The translations under genes were made by a program, and so were the position numbers. Shown here one piece after another: positions 37,046-52,029 of a DNA stretch of 64,000 bases. Origin of the DNA: Cetorhinus maximus (taxonomy: Eukaryota); the NCBI RefSeq assembly GCF_964194155.1, contig NC_135889.1, forward strand, positions 34,038,001-34,102,000, given 5' to 3'. Below the pieces are notes generated by a model that had not been told where the DNA came from, made no database searches, and saw nothing but the letters and a program-made list of their open reading frames with translations. Every line of letters begins with the position of its first letter. The stretch's first letter is position 1.

Positions 37046-37576
37046 ATGAATTCAAAAGAAAATTCTTAATGTCATGGTTTAAAATACTTTAGTGCTAAGT
37101 TTGTGATCAATTCTACACTCTACTCTGATAACTTTAATCTTTTCTGGATTCCAAAGAAATATTGAAGTTATTTTCACCTGCTATAGGAGCAAGTTTTAAA
37201 TTGTCATAGTTTAAAGACTGATACAAAGCACAAGACTAATCTTTATACTGGAGGTCATTGTGTAGCCATCAGAAATGAGAACTGTTAGTAATTCTGCCCC
37301 TTTACTGTCTTAACCTAACAGCACTGCAGCAGTTTGCACTGTCCCTACCATCGTAGCAGGGCTCAGTTAATTTATCAAGGTCAAAGGATTGAACTTAGAA
37401 ACTTTTTTCTTTGTGGATCAGATATGATGTCTTTACCTATAATCTATTTTGGGAAGCTGTAATGTTTGTAAATGTAAAGACAAACTTGAATAATTAAAAG
37501 TGAGATTACTGAGACTTTGTTTTAACACACTATTTCTTAAATTTTGCTTAGTCTGATGAAATCATCTTATCTTTGA

Positions 37577-37762
<186 letters not shown>

Positions 37763-38334
37763 TAGCTGTTCTCTACATGTCTGTTGAAATTTTCAATCCA
37801 TTTTTTTCTTGATTACCTCTGTTCTGATCCATTTATCAACATGTTTTGGGTCACTACTAGCTGCCCGTAAGTTCCATCAGGTGTACGAACTTTACTGTTA
37901 GTTTAGAAGAGGAACACTTATAAATAATGGTTTTTTTTTTGAAGGATTAATAGAATTACGATCAACTTTCTTTTTTCCCCCCCAAGTACCTGTTTATACA
38001 AAACAATGAGCAATATGACAGTGGAATTGAATGGCTTACTAATACTGGCAATGCAAAAGTCAACATAGTTGAAGGACAGAATCATCAAAATATTATGACC
38101 TTGAGATTACATTTTGTAAAATTAGCATATTCCACTATTTTACTTAAAATGGGTTATGAAATTTGAGGCATCTGTTTAATGGTACATGTGTGGTTATGCA
38201 GTGCTCGTGCTGTTGGTTTTAAAAGCCAAACTGTTGGTGTTTAAACAAAAATATCCCCAAAAATCTAAGTGTTTTCACTGGTGTAAAAATTGCACTTTCA
38301 GGTTCTAAAAACTTGAAGTACAGTGCAACTTATG

Positions 38335-40350
38335 AAAACATAGAAAATAGAAGCAGGAATAGGTCATTTGGCCCTTTGACCCTGCTCTGCCAATCAATTT
38401 GATCATGGTTGATCCTCCAGCTCAATGCCATACTCTCACTCTCTCCCCAAACACCTTGATGCCATTAGAATATAGAAATCTATCTATTTCCTCCTTAAAT
38501 ATATTCAGTGACTTGGCCTCCACAGCCTTCTGTAGTAGAGAATTCTACAGGTTCACCACCCTCTTGAGTGAAGAAGTTTCTCCTCATCTCAGTCCTAAAT
38601 GGCCTACCCTGTATCCTGAGACTGTGACCCCTTGTTCCAGAGGAAACATCATCTCTACATCCAGTCTGTCCAGCCCTGTCAGAATTTTATACGTCTCAAT
38701 GAGATCCACTCTCATTCTTCTAAACTCCAGTGAATATAAGCCTAGTCAACCCAATCTCTCCTCATACAATAATCCTGCCATCCCAGAAATCAGTCCGGTG
38801 AGCCTTCGCTGCACTCCCTCTATGGCAAGTATATCCTTTCTTAGGTAAGGAGATCAAAACTGCACACAATACACTAGGTGTGGTCTCACCAAGGCCCTGT
38901 ACAGATGTAGTAAGACATCCCTGCTCCTGTACTCCAGTCCCCTTGCAATGAAGGCCAACAGGCCATGTGCCACCTTAACTGCTAGCTGCACCTGCATGGT
39001 TGCTTTCAGTGATTGGTGTACAAGGACACCCAGGTCCCTTTGTACACCAATATTTCCCAATCTATCACCATTTAAATAATACTCTGCCATTCTGTTTTTC
39101 CTACCGAAATGGATAACTTCACATTTATCCACGTTATACTGCATCTACCATGTATTTGCCCACTCACTGAACTTATCTCAATCACCTTGAAGTCTCTTGA
39201 CATCCTCCTCACCACTCACATTCCCACCAAGTTTTGTGTCGTCAGCAAACTTGGAAATATTACATTTGGTTCCCTCATTGATATATGTTGTGAATAGCTG
39301 GAACCCAAGCACTAATCCCTGCGGTACCCCATTAGTCACTGCCTGCCATTCTAAAAAAGACTAATTTATTCCTACTCTCTGTTTCCTGTCTGCTAACCAA
39401 TTCTCAGTCCATGCCAATATATTACTCCCAATCCCATGTGCTTTAACTTTGCACACTAACCTCTTATGTGGGACTTTATCAAAAGCTTTCTGAGAATCCG
39501 AATACACCACATCCACTGGTTCTCCCTTATCTATTCTGCTAGTTACGTCCTCAGAAAAACTCCAGTAGGTTTATCAAACATGATTTCCCTTTCATAAATC
39601 CGTGTTGACTTTGCCTAATCCCATTGATGTTTTCTGTTATCACATCCTTTATAAAAGACTCTAGCATTTTCCCTACTACTGATGTTAGGCTAACCGGTCT
39701 GTAATTTCCCATTTTCTCCCTCCATCCTTTTTTTAAATAGTGGGGTTACATTGGCCACCCTCCAATCTGCCAGGACTGTTCCAGAATCTACAGAATTTTG
39801 AAAGATGACAACCAACACATCCACTGTTTCCATGGCCACCTCCTTTAGTACCTTGGGATGTAGCATATCAGACCCTGGGGATTTATCAGCTTTCAGTCCC
39901 ATTAATTTCTCCAGCACGTTTTTTTAGTAATACTAATTTCCTTCAATTCCTCCTTCTCACTAGACCCTTGATTCCTTCGCATTTCTGGGAAGTTATATGT
40001 GTCTTCCTTCATGAAGACAGAATTAAAATAGTTATTTAATTGCTCTGCCATTTCCTTGTACTCTATTATAAATTCTTCCCTTTCAGACTGTAAGGGACCT
40101 ACGTTTGTCTTTTGCATATTTATAGAAGCTTTTACAGTTCGTTTTTATGTTCCTTGCAAGTTTGTTCTCATGCTCTATTTTTCCCTCTTAATCAATCTCT
40201 TGGTCCTCTTTTGCTGAATTCTAAACTGTTACCAATCCTCAGGCTGCTACTTTTTCTAGCAACTTTTTATGAGCCCTCTTTGCATCTAATACTAATTTAT
40301 CTTGTTAACCATGGTTGGGCCACTTTTCCTGTTGTGTTTTTGTGCCAGAA
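38335..40350 (-). mobile_element. CR1 LINE, 5'-truncated
   Basis: KADKSPGSDMLHPKVLKE, MQYNVDKCEVIHFG..QRDLGVLVH..LVRPHLVYCVQF. Confidence 0.95.
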
Positions 40351-40439
40351 AGGCACAAAATACACTGACTTTTACAGTAATCAAAGAACTGTTACAAGGT
40401 TCAATTTTTCAACAATTCTAATAGTAATAAAGTAAAAAT

Positions 40440-43255
40440 CCAGGTTAGTGTGCATGTATGTGAATACAGTGAGTGTGGGAAATAAGACTGGTGAATTACA
40501 GGCACTGATTGCCATGTGGAACTTTGTTCTGGCTATAACAGAGACCAGACACAAAGAAAGGCAGGACTGGGTATTAAATATTCCTGGATATAAGATGTTC
40601 AAAAAAGATAGGAAAGGAAGAAAAGGGGGAGGAGTGGTGATGTTGATTAAGGAAGCATTGCAGTGCTGGAGAAAGAGGATGTCCCAAGGAGTCAAGGACA
40701 GAATCCATTTGACTAGAGCTAAGGTACAAAAAATGTGCAATTACATTACTCGGTGTAGTCTATGGGCACCAACCAGTGGTAAGGATGTAGAGGAACAAAT
40801 TTGCAGGAAAATTATAGAGAAGTGCAAAATTATAGAGTGGTTATAAGGGGGGGACTTTAATTACCTGAATATAGACTGCGACAGTAGTCTATAGGGCAGA
40901 GAAGGGGCAAGAGTTCCTACGGTGTGTTCATGAAAATTTTCTGCAGTAGGTTTCCAGTCCATCGAGAAAGAAGGCACTGCTAGACCTGGTTCTTGGGAAT
41001 GAGGTGGGCCTAGTGGATCAGGAGGAGAACGTTTAGGGGTCAGAGATCATTGCATCATAAGGTTTAGGCTGGCTATGCAAAAGGACAAAGAACAATCCAG
41101 AGTAAGAATAATTAACTGGGGGAAAGCCGACTTCAATGGGGTAAGAATGGATCTGGCTGAATAAGTTAAAAGTTGGCGGAAGAAAACAGTAGCTGAACAA
41201 TGGGCTATCTTCAAAGAAGAGAGAATTTGGGCATAGTCAAGGTGTATTCCTTGAAAGAGAAAAAGGTAGGACAAACAAATCCAGACTTCCTTGGATGACA
41301 AAAGAGATAGAAATTAGGATAAATAAGAAAAGGTGTGCTTATGGCAGATGTCAGGTAGAAAATACAATTGAGAACCAGGCTGAACATAGAAGGTTCAGGG
41401 GGAAAGTGAAAAAGTAATGAGAGAAGCAAAGATGGAGTATAGAAAGAGATTGGCAGCCAACATAAAAGTCTTCTATAGGCATATAAATAGTAAAAAAGTG
41501 TTGAAAGGAGGATTAGGACGATTAGTGACCAAAAAGGGGATTTGCGCATGGACGCAGAGGGCATGGCTGAGATATTAAACGAATACTTTGCGTCTGTCTT
41601 TATCATGGAAGAAGCTACTACCCAGACCATGGTGAAAGTGGAATTAATTCAGACACTAGAAGGGTTTAAAATTGATACGGTTGGAAGTATTGGATAGGCT
41701 GCCCATACTTAAAAGTTGATAAGGCACCAGGACAGGATGAGATGCATCCAAGGATACTGAGGGACATGAGAGTGCAAAGTGCGGAGGCACTGGCCATAAT
41801 GTTTCATTCTTCCTTTGACCCTGGGAAGGGGCCAGAGGACAGGAAAATTCCAAATGTTACACCCTGTTCAAGAAAGGGGTATAAAGATAAACCCAGCAAT
41901 TACAGGCCAATCACTCTAACTTTGGTGATAGGAAAACTTCTAGAAACAATAATTTGGGACAAAATTAATAGTCACATGGACAAATGCAGGTTAATTAAGG
42001 ATTTCTGAAAGAAAAACCATAATTAGCTAACTTGCTGGAATTTTTTGAAGAGATAACAGAGGGTTGATGAGGGTAATGCTAGTGATGTGGTGTACATGGA
42101 CTTCAAAAAGGCATTTGATATAGTGCCGCACAACAGACTTGTGAGCAAAGTTACAACTCATGGAATAAAAGGGACAGTAGCAACATGGTTACAAAATTGG
42201 CTGAGTGACAGGAAACAGAGCAGTAGTTAATGGATGTTCTTCGGCTGGAGGGAGGTTTGAAATGGAGTTCTCCAGGGGTCAATGTTGGGACCCTTGCTTT
42301 TTCTGATATATATTAAGGACCTAGACCTTTGTATACAGGGCACAATTTCAAAGTTTGAGGATGATGCAAAATGTGGGAGCATTGTGAACTATTAGGAGGA
42401 TAATGTAGAGCTTCAAAAGGACAGAGACAAGTTGTTGGAATGGGTGACAAGTGGCAGAGAAGTTCAATGCAGAGAAATGTGAAGTAATTCATTTTGGTAG
42501 GAAGAACACAGACAATGAAAAATAAAGGGTGCAACTCTAAAGGGGGTGTAGGAGCAAAGAGACCTGGGTGTATACGCACATAAGTCGTTGCAGGTGGCAA
42601 GACAGGTTGAGAGCACGGTTACTAAAGCATGCAGTAACCTGGGCTTTATTAATAGGGGCATGGAGTACAAGATCAAAGAGGTTATGGTGAACTTGTATAA
42701 GACACTAGATTGGCCTCAGCTGGAGTAAGTGCACCCAGTTCTGGGTGCCGCACTTTAGAAAGGATGAGAAGGCAATGGAGACATTGCAGAAAAGATTCAC
42801 AAGAATGATTCCAGTGATGAAGAACTTCAGTTATGAAGATCAATTGTAGAAGTTAGGACTATTTTCCTTGGAGAAAAGCATGCTGAAAGGAGATCTAATA
42901 GAGGTATTGAAAATTATGAGGGGTCTGGACAGAGCAGACAGGGAGAATCTTTTCTCACTTGTGAAAGGATCGAGAATGAGTGGGTACAGATTTAAAGTAA
43001 TTGGCAAAAGCCAGATGAGAGAGAACTTTTTCATATAGTGAGTGGTTAAGGACTGAAATGCACTGCCTGAGTGTGTGGTGGAGGCAGGTTCAATCGAAGC
43101 ATTCAAAAGGGAATTTGACTGTCATCTGAAAAGGAATAAGGTGCAGGGTTACAGGGAGAAGGAGGGAGATAAGTACTAAGTGAATTGCTTATTTAGGGAG
43201 CTGGTGCAGACATGATGGGCTGAATGGTGGCTTCCTATGCTGTAACAATTCTGTG
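40440..43255 (+). mobile_element. CR1 LINE ORF2 (APE endonuclease + RT), degenerate
   Basis: CMYVNTVSVGNKTGEL..AITET..KDRKGRKGGGV (APE), PSNYRPITLT, DVVYMDFKKAFD, CR1 3' UTR. Confidence 0.95.
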
Positions 43256-43261
43256 CATTCG

Positions 43262-44345
43262 AACATACAAAATAGGAGCAGAAGTAGGCTATTTGGCCCC
43301 TCGAGCCTGCTCCGCCATTCAATAAGATCATGGCCGATCTGTTTGTGTTTTGAATTCCACATTCCCATCTACCCCTGATAACCTTGGTGTCTTGTTAGGT
43401 AAGGAAATCAATCTACCTCTGCCTTAAAAATATTCATTGACCCTGCCTCCACCACTTTCTGAGGCAGTGTTCCAAAGTTGCACAACCCTCAGAGAAAAAA
43501 ATTCTCCTCATCTCTGTCCTATAAGGGTAACCCCTAATTTTAAAACTGTGCCCCCTGGTTCTGGACTCACCCACAAGAGGAAACATCCTTTCCACGTGCA
43601 CCTTGTCAAAACCGTTCAGGATCTTTTATACTTCAATCGAGTCACCCCTCAGTCTTCTAAACTCCAGTGGAAACAAGCCCAGCCTGTCCAACCTATCCTC
43701 CTAAGACAACCCGCTCATTTCAGGTATCAATCTAGTAAACTTCCTCTGAACTGCCTCCAACACAGTTACATCCTCCTTTAAATAAGGAAACCAAAATGGC
43801 GCACAGAATTTGAGATGCAGTCTCACCAATGCCCTGCAAACTGAAGCATAACATCTTACTTTTATATTTAATCCTCTCGTAATAAAGGATTGCATTCCAA
43901 TAGCCTCCGTGATTACACGCTGTATCTGCATACTAATTTTTTTGTGACTCGTGCATTAGAACATTTAGATCACTCTGCACCTCGGAATTCTGCAGTCGTT
44001 CTCCGTTTACGTAATACTCTTTTTTTATTCTTCTTGCCAACATGAACAACTTCACATTTTCCCACATTATACTCCATCTGCCAGATTTTTGCCCACTCAT
44101 TCAATTTATCTATATCCATCTGCAAACACTTTGTCTTCTTCACAACATAGTTTCCTACCTATCTTTGTGTTGTCTGCAAATTTAGCTACCATGCCTTCGC
44201 TCCCTTCATCTAAGTCCTTGGTGTAAATTAAAGGTATTGAAAAGCCCTTGTGGGACTCAACTTGTCACACCCTGCCAAACAGACAAAGACCCATTTATGC
44301 GTACTCCTTGTTTTCTGCCAGCCAGCCAATCTTCTACCCATGCCA
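43262..44345 (-). mobile_element. CR1 LINE 3' fragment
   Basis: ALVRLHLKFCAPFWFPYLKEDVTVLEAVQRKFTRLIP. Confidence 0.92.
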
Positions 44346-44749
44346 AAGGAAAAAACACTATTTTGGAAAGACAGCTCCCATGCTGATTTTTAATTCGCAT
44401 TACTTATTTATGTGACTTTAGATATAGTATGTAGAATTTTAAAACATAATAAAGAATTATTTTTAAGGAGTACTAAAGTAAAAAAATAGTTGGAATAAAA
44501 TGGAATTTATATCAAAAATAACAGCTAGGAAATAATAAGCAAAAAATAAACAAAAAAATTGGTGGCTGCTGAGCTTGTCCAATGTTACCAAAGTCTTTAT
44601 CCGCATCCTACTCTTAGATAAGGTGTGTACAGGCTGCTGAATTAGGAATTAGCTGGAATCCTTGTTATTAAACTGGTAATCACAGATAAAGGAGGTATGA
44701 CTATAATTGCTACATTGTGCAAAGTCTAAAATAATCTGAAATTTCACTG

Positions 44750-45135
44750 ATCATAGTGTTATCACAGCACAGAGGGGGGCCATTCAGCCCAGTATATCTG
44801 TGCCAGATCTCTGAGCTACTCAGCTAGTCCCACTCCCCTGCCTTTTTCTCCATAGCCCTGCAATTTCTTTTAGATAATTATTGAATTCCCTTTCGAAAGC
44901 CACTTTTGAATCTGCCTCTACCACACTTTCAAGCAATGCATTCCAGATCCTAACTACTTGCTGCATAAAACAAGTTTTTCCTCAAGTCGCCTCTGGTTCT
45001 TTTGTCAATTAGCTTCAATCTGGGTCCTCTGATTCTCAGCCCTTCAGTCAGTGTGTCAGCTGTGGCTCAGTTGGTTCCAGGTTCAAGTCCCACTTTAGGA
45101 CTTGAGCACAAAAATCAAGGCTGACACTCCAGTGC
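44750..45135. mobile_element. CR1 3' end (minus) abutting a SINE tRNA head (plus)
   Basis: cacagaggggggccattcagccc... then ctgtggctcagttgg...ggttcaagtcccact...gcacaaaaatcaaggctgacactcc. Confidence 0.7.
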
Positions 45136-45584
45136 TTATCCAAACTCCAGATAGTACACGAATAGTCTGTTCTTGTCCCCCCCTTTCTCAACAATAGATC
45201 ATTCAGTTTAATGTATTGCCTAATTTGGCACACGTCTAATTAGCTGAAGGAACATTTGTGCCCTTGTGGAAATTGTTTGTCACTGTTGCTTCCTCTTTAC
45301 GTTATCATGGTTAAAAGGCAGGGTTAGTATTATGCAAAATTTGTGTTAAAATGATGTAATTAAATTGTTTCAGATCTTCATTCTTGGTTTATCAGTATCC
45401 TGAAATTGAGTGCCGCAGATAATGATAGATCCCCTCTTGTGCTTCATTGACATTGAGTGTGCTAGTGGCAGTACACGTATACGTTACTTACAAAGGATGA
45501 CTAATTCTTCCACTGTTTCTGGTGAGAAAAGCATGAACATAGTTTTGCCTCTACCACTGTTGCCCAATGAACAAGGGCTTCCCT

Positions 45585-45680
45585 TTCTGATGAAAGGTCC
45601 CGACCTGAAACATTAATTCTGTTTCTCTCTCCACAGAAGATGCCAGAGCTGCTGAATGTTTCCAGCATTTTCTGTTTTTA
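45585..45680 (+). mobile_element. Penelope terminal-repeat fragment with canonical hammerhead core boxes
   Basis: CTGATGA(45587-45593)-A-AGGTC-CC-GACCT-GAAA-CATT, then the family tail. Confidence 0.8.
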
Positions 45681-46749
45681 CTTCCTATTCTTATAATGCG
45701 CTAACTATAAAAATATCACCAGGTGTATTCTAAAAATATTGCGATGGGAGACGTAGTTGAGTGGGAATTGTTCTTTGTTGTTGCACCTGTGATCTGTTGT
45801 TAGGTTGCAAAATTACATCTTCATCATTAATCTGTTGTAACTATGTACTTTAGCAGTTTTGGGAAGGAATAGTTCTTTGATCATTAAATTAACTTTGAGC
45901 ATGAATGATTTTCACTTGGAACAAAAAATTACAGTACACCATTAATCTACATTTTCTGACACTTCACCTCCTTTGTACTATAATTTGGAAGACGTGTTTC
46001 GCAACGTACTTTAGAAACATATATAAAAATGCAAATATGTAATTAAGGTATCTCTAACTGGATTGCGTTCTGGATATTATATCACTATTGATATCTTGTG
46101 CATTCCAGCTCAAATGAAACCAATTTTCTGATATATGAGGAACTGTAAATAAACAGATTTTAATATACTAAATTATGGAAGCCTTTAAAGGTTTCCTTTT
46201 TACCATTTTTTTTTTTTCTCTGCCACCACTCTTTCCCCCGCCACCCCCATTTCCCCAAAGCATGACTGCTGGGAAATAGTTCAACAGACACCCTCTGGTA
46301 CCTAATTAAAGTGAAATATTTTTTACGTGTTTGTTTAGATGATATTATTGGATGTTTTGTTCCTAGCACAGCAGATGTACTAGATGGTGATTGGTAGTGA
46401 GAACCTAGCCTTTCTGTTTTTTCACTCCCCTGCTCTCCCACTCCAAAATAAAAAACATGAGGCCTGGAGGTTAGTTGTAGTCCTACCCCACCATCACCAC
46501 CCTGGCTGAATGTGGCTAACTTGCTAGAAACTTATAACCTTCCTGGTCTATCTGGTTCGGTGCTAAGTCATGTAACCATTGGGCCAACAAGAGAAGGAGC
46601 AGTTGACTTCACTCTTTCTAAAGCATAGTAATATGTACTTTGTAGAAGGAAAAAAAATCTAGTAATTTGCAATGCCTTTTAAACTATTTGGCGATCTCAT
46701 GATAGCATTTCAAGGACAAATTATAAATGTGACTAAACAGCAGCTGTGA

Positions 46750-46902
<153 letters not shown>

Positions 46903-47297
46903 TGAGTATTAGTTTTAACATCTTCAACTTTATATTACTCAAGAGAATGGCAGCACCAATTACGAAAGCAACTGGACTAATTAAAGTATTGTGTTCAACA
47001 AAATAAGTTTTTTGTTGCAGCTGGACAAGGTGTATCTTTCAACATAACTATTAGGCCCATTGCTCATAGAATCATACTACTGCTTAACACCTACCCCACC
47101 TAGGAGTTAGTCATATGACAATCAAAATAAAGTATTAAATTGAATCCTGCAATGCTTGAAGTAGCAGTTATTTTATTGGAAAAAAGCATTTTTTAATAAA
47201 AAAAACTTTACAAGTGGGAGATATTTTCTAAATGTACCTTGTTCCAAATTGGCTATCAATAACATTTTGACATTTTGTTGTAGAAAAAGTGCCTTAA

Positions 47298-47690
<393 letters not shown>

Positions 47691-47984
47691 TAAAGGAGGA
47701 ATAGGGAGGTTGCTTGGAAGGCTGGTCGAAAGGGAAAACCACTTTTCTTTCCACTTCCACACAACCACCTCCAGAGTATCCCATGGTTGCATCTTCTTCA
47801 CCCAGCTTTTCCAGATATATACATATACAGCCCCAAGGAACATTAGCTGGATAATGAGCTTAGTTTTCACAGGCATGATGACAATGCCTGGACCTATCTC
47901 TCCTCCACTAATCTGAACCTCTTTGACATGAGATTGCTTGTCTGACATCAGGTTATACATAAGCTAGATCTCCTTCAACCTAAT

Positions 47985-48665
47985 ATTGGGGAGACTGCAG
48001 TCACTTGACTTTTGCCAAACAAATCCCATTCTCCTCTCCAGTTGCTTGCTAAGATAAAACCCAATAGCTTATAACCTGGGTGACCTGAGTTTCAAACCAC
48101 ATATCCTGTCTGTCACCAAAACTGCTTGCTTCCATCTGGACAACTTTGTCCATTTATACCTTTACTTTCACTATCCCTGAAATCTTTGCCCGTACATCAG
48201 TTATTTCTCTTTTAACTCCCAAATGATATAATTGTGTCCCTGAACTCCAGCTCATTCAAAACTCTGCCAACTTGTAACCAGACCACCTCTGCTTGCTCAA
48301 GTACTGAATTAACAAATTGACCACAGCTTGCCCTTACTGAAGTGCTCCAGCTCCCTTCTCTTCTGCTCGAGTAGCTGTTAGCCTTCTGCCTATAGCCCTG
48401 TGTTGATCTTGCCTTGATGTCGCTCCACCACCAGCCTCAGAGTCTTCCGTTGTCTGAGTCCCACTCTCTGATGTTCCCTTCCGAAACCCTTCACTGTGGT
48501 ATTTTTCTGTGCTTTCAAAATCCCCTTTTAAAAATTCTCTTTTCATCTATACTTTCGGGTCACCTCTTCTTTTACTGTTTGGCATCTGTTTCTCCTCTCT
48601 GTGTCTTAGGATATTTCATTTTGCTAAATGTGATGCATGACTATAAACTATTATAAACATAAGCT
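47985..48665 (+). mobile_element. Old L2 fragment
   Basis: ctgagtttcaaaccacatatc...ccaaaactgcttgcttccatct...cagctcattcaaaactctgc, similar to the 9.4-9.9k L2 3' region. Confidence 0.55.
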
Positions 48666-49969
48666 ATTATAGATTTAACGCTCAATGTTTCAGTCAGCCA
48701 AGCAAAAGAGGAAGATCCCATTCTATTCCCAATATCTGCTGGGGTAACAACATTTGGGAAGCTAAGAAGGGGAGAAAGTTATCGAAAATTCCTACCAACT
48801 GTTGTCAGCGACCCTGTACTTGAAAATGTTATAATAGCTTCTGTGGTTGAATAGGTTAGCCCGCTGACATTTTTGACGTGAACTCAGTGTTAAATGTGAC
48901 CACGTAGCTAAGGTACCAGAGAGGATGAAATTATATTTCTTACCTGAAAAATGACAACCAGTTAAGGGCAATCTGGCTGGGACCTTGGACACCCATTTTA
49001 CCACCTTGATTCAGTTTTCAGGCAGGTTTTTAAATGCATCCCCACCTTTTCTGCTTAAAACAAATGGGCAAGTGTTTAAATATGCAAATTAGGCTCCAAC
49101 GCTCTTGTAAAGCCACTGGTTACAATTTTCATAAGAGAAATGGGTGGAACATGTGAAGTGTATGCTAGTGCTAGTTTACACAGGCATTGAATGGCCTCAC
49201 CAGCGATTCTTAAAGGGAGATTTTTGCTTTTCTTAAAGCCCAGTTGAAGCATCTTCCTGGTCTAACAATTCTCTGGCCCACTACTGGCCCATTCTTGCTT
49301 TCCCTCTCTCCCCACCACTGTGGGATATGCTGCTCCTCACCTCCTTCTTGCCAATTAAAGTCAATGATAGTAAACCAAAATTATACATGAAATTACTGAC
49401 TCCAAATTACAGTATAAAGCCTTGTCATAAAAAGGAGCCCATCATCCAATGGGATTAACGGAAATCACTTTGTGTATCTAATATTAACCTCTTACCCAGT
49501 CTGTCAAAAAAAAATCAAATGAATACACTTCCTGTTCCTCACCTCCGTCTTTACACAGTTAACTCTATGTACACCAACTTGTCAATAGATTAAAGTATCA
49601 ATTTGATATTTACCGAATGTTTTAAAATATGTATTTAACCTCTGCTTTCCCTAGAAAGGCCACCTAACTCATTGCCTCCTCAAGCCAGAGGAGAGTACTG
49701 TGAACTACAAACTTTCCTCTTGTAGTGCTTGATTGCATTGTAGTCTTGTGTCTCAACCTAACTGAGATCTGGCAAAATTAGGGAGGAAGACTGAATATCA
49801 TTGAGACTCTGATTCATAACGTGCTATTGGTAGTGAATTCAGTGTTGCACCACTTCAGTTTCTGGGTTACAAGTAATCATCAATTGAGGTTTTTTTCTCA
49901 TTGGAGTCCTGATTCATTTTGAGGGTGAATGTAAAAGAAATTATATAGATGCTCGATGTCCCAGTAATG

Positions 49970-50405
49970 AAAAGAAAAGAGTTATTTGCATTTATATCAC
50001 CTTTCACATGCACAAAGTCCAGAAGTGCTTCACAGTCAATTAATTACTTTTGAAGTGTAGTCCCTGATTTTATGTAGGTTATGTGACAGCCAGTTTGTAC
50101 ACAGTAAGGCCCTGCAAACTGCAATGATAAATGATGAAATAATTTGCTCTGCTGATGTTAATTGAGGTATAAATATGGGCTAGGAAGTAGTAAAGCTTAC
50201 CCGCTCTTATTTGAACAGTGCCATGACTTCTTTTGCATTCACTTGAAGAGGCAGACAAGGCATTAGTTGAATATCTCATCAAAAGGTGAACCTTCTGACA
50301 ATGCAGCAGTCTCTGAAGTGTCAGCTTAGTTTACATACTCAAATGGGGCTTGAAGTCATGACCTGCCTTGGCTGAAAGTGTTACTGCTGAGTCAAGCTGG
50401 CACTT
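49970..50405 (-). mobile_element. Deu-domain tRNA-SINE
   Basis: Reverse complement of 23815-24280 (ttacttttgaagtgtagtc...gttaattgaggtataaatatggg). Confidence 0.75.
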
Positions 50406-50633
50406 CAGCTGTACCAACATTTTCACTAGGACAAAGATATATGTGCATGTGTCTGTAAAAACAAACTTAAATTAAAATAAACAATCCAAAATTGTGTTCA
50501 ACTTCTTTCCTGGTTCTGTAAAATGTTGCCAGAAACTATTTTCAAATTGGTTTCAGCAAGTGGGTTTTGTATTTACAAAACTGGTACCTTTTTAATGTGT
50601 GGAGATGAAGTTGTATATTCTGTTTTCTTACAG

Positions 50634-50691
50634 GTGAACCTCACATAGATGGAGAACCTGGAGATCTGAAATTCAGAATAAAGGTTTTAAA
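50634..50691 (+). CDS. DNAJB11: DNAJB11 exon 7; later exons not seen in the window
   Basis: cAG|GT GAA...TTA AA|GTAAG; EPHIDGEPGDLKFRIKVLK. Confidence 0.95.
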
Positions 50692-52029
50692 GTAAGAAGA
50701 TATTTGATTTATTTCTCCATATAAGACAAATGACTCGTGGTGAATTTCCTTTTTTTGTCAAAGGTATTAATTTTGCTTTTCATACAAAAAACAGTCATGA
50801 AGCTCCAGTGGTAGAAAGTTGGACTTGACACCCATAGGCCTGCAACTTTCAATAGAAGATTTAAAATGTCTTCAAACTTGCCTGCTCATGTTGGCTAAAT
50901 TGTTGCAGGTCTCATTGCATTTCTAGATGGACCATTACATGACATTTTAGAGAAGCAATTTAGTAATCTTGTAGGAACTTCCAAGGGCTTTTGTACATAA
51001 ATCCTTATCCTGAATGAATTAGCTAGTATGATAAACTGTACAAGCAATTGAAAATGTTTTGCATCTTTCTTCACTTTAAATTTATATGAATATATTGATA
51101 TATGCCCAACAATTGGCTGTTATAGCACTGTAGCTTCTGAGTGGGTAAGTTGATGGTTCAACTTTGTATCTGGTATATACTTCCTCTGAAGTAGTCACTT
51201 GCAGATTGCTAGTATAATCTCCTTACCTCAGATTGCTCCACTCCTGACAGAAAGAAGTGAGCGTATATTACTTTCTTGCTTTTAAAAAAACTAGTTAACC
51301 TCCCACGGCATTGCACATGAATAGTGTAGAGTCTGAAGCACTTTTGTGATGTTTAGCTTTTAAGATTGAGCTGTTTTTAATGTTACCTGCCTCTTTAAGC
51401 CACTGCTGAAGTGCTTTAAGTAGACCCATTGTGAGATTAATTACAGCAATGACTTTCATTTATATAGCATCATTAAATTTAAAATAGGGGAAAATAACAG
51501 CAGGTTAGGAGAGTAGAAAGGGAAATAACCAATGGCATGGTTAAAAAGGCTTTAGAATGTGGGCAGATGTTAAAGTGAAGAGTTTAGAAGGAAGTTTTGA
51601 GCATAGGGCTGAGATAGTTGAGGGCTCTGCCATCAAAGTGGAGGACAGGATATACAGAAAGTTAGAGTTTGGAAGAGCAGAGAGCACCTCCTAATACACT
51701 GGGCTGAAGCAAGTTGCAATAATAGGGAGAATAGCGGTTAATTGAGGCAGGTGGAGTTTTGCATGAGTTGGTGTTTAGGGTGAAGCTTGGGAGACTGAGA
51801 AATGTATTCACCAGATTTGGCCCAGATATGATGAAGATGTGGATGCAGGTTTCTGCAACAGGCCTACAGTAGAGAAGAGAAAGGTGATGTTGTAGAGCAG
51901 TAGGTAGGTGGTCTTTATGATGGCTATGAATCTCGCTCAAAGTCATTTAGAATACTAACTTTGTACACTGTTGGATTTAGCCTATGAGAGCAACCAGTAA
52001 AGAGGCAAAATTGGGAGCTTGAGTATTGA

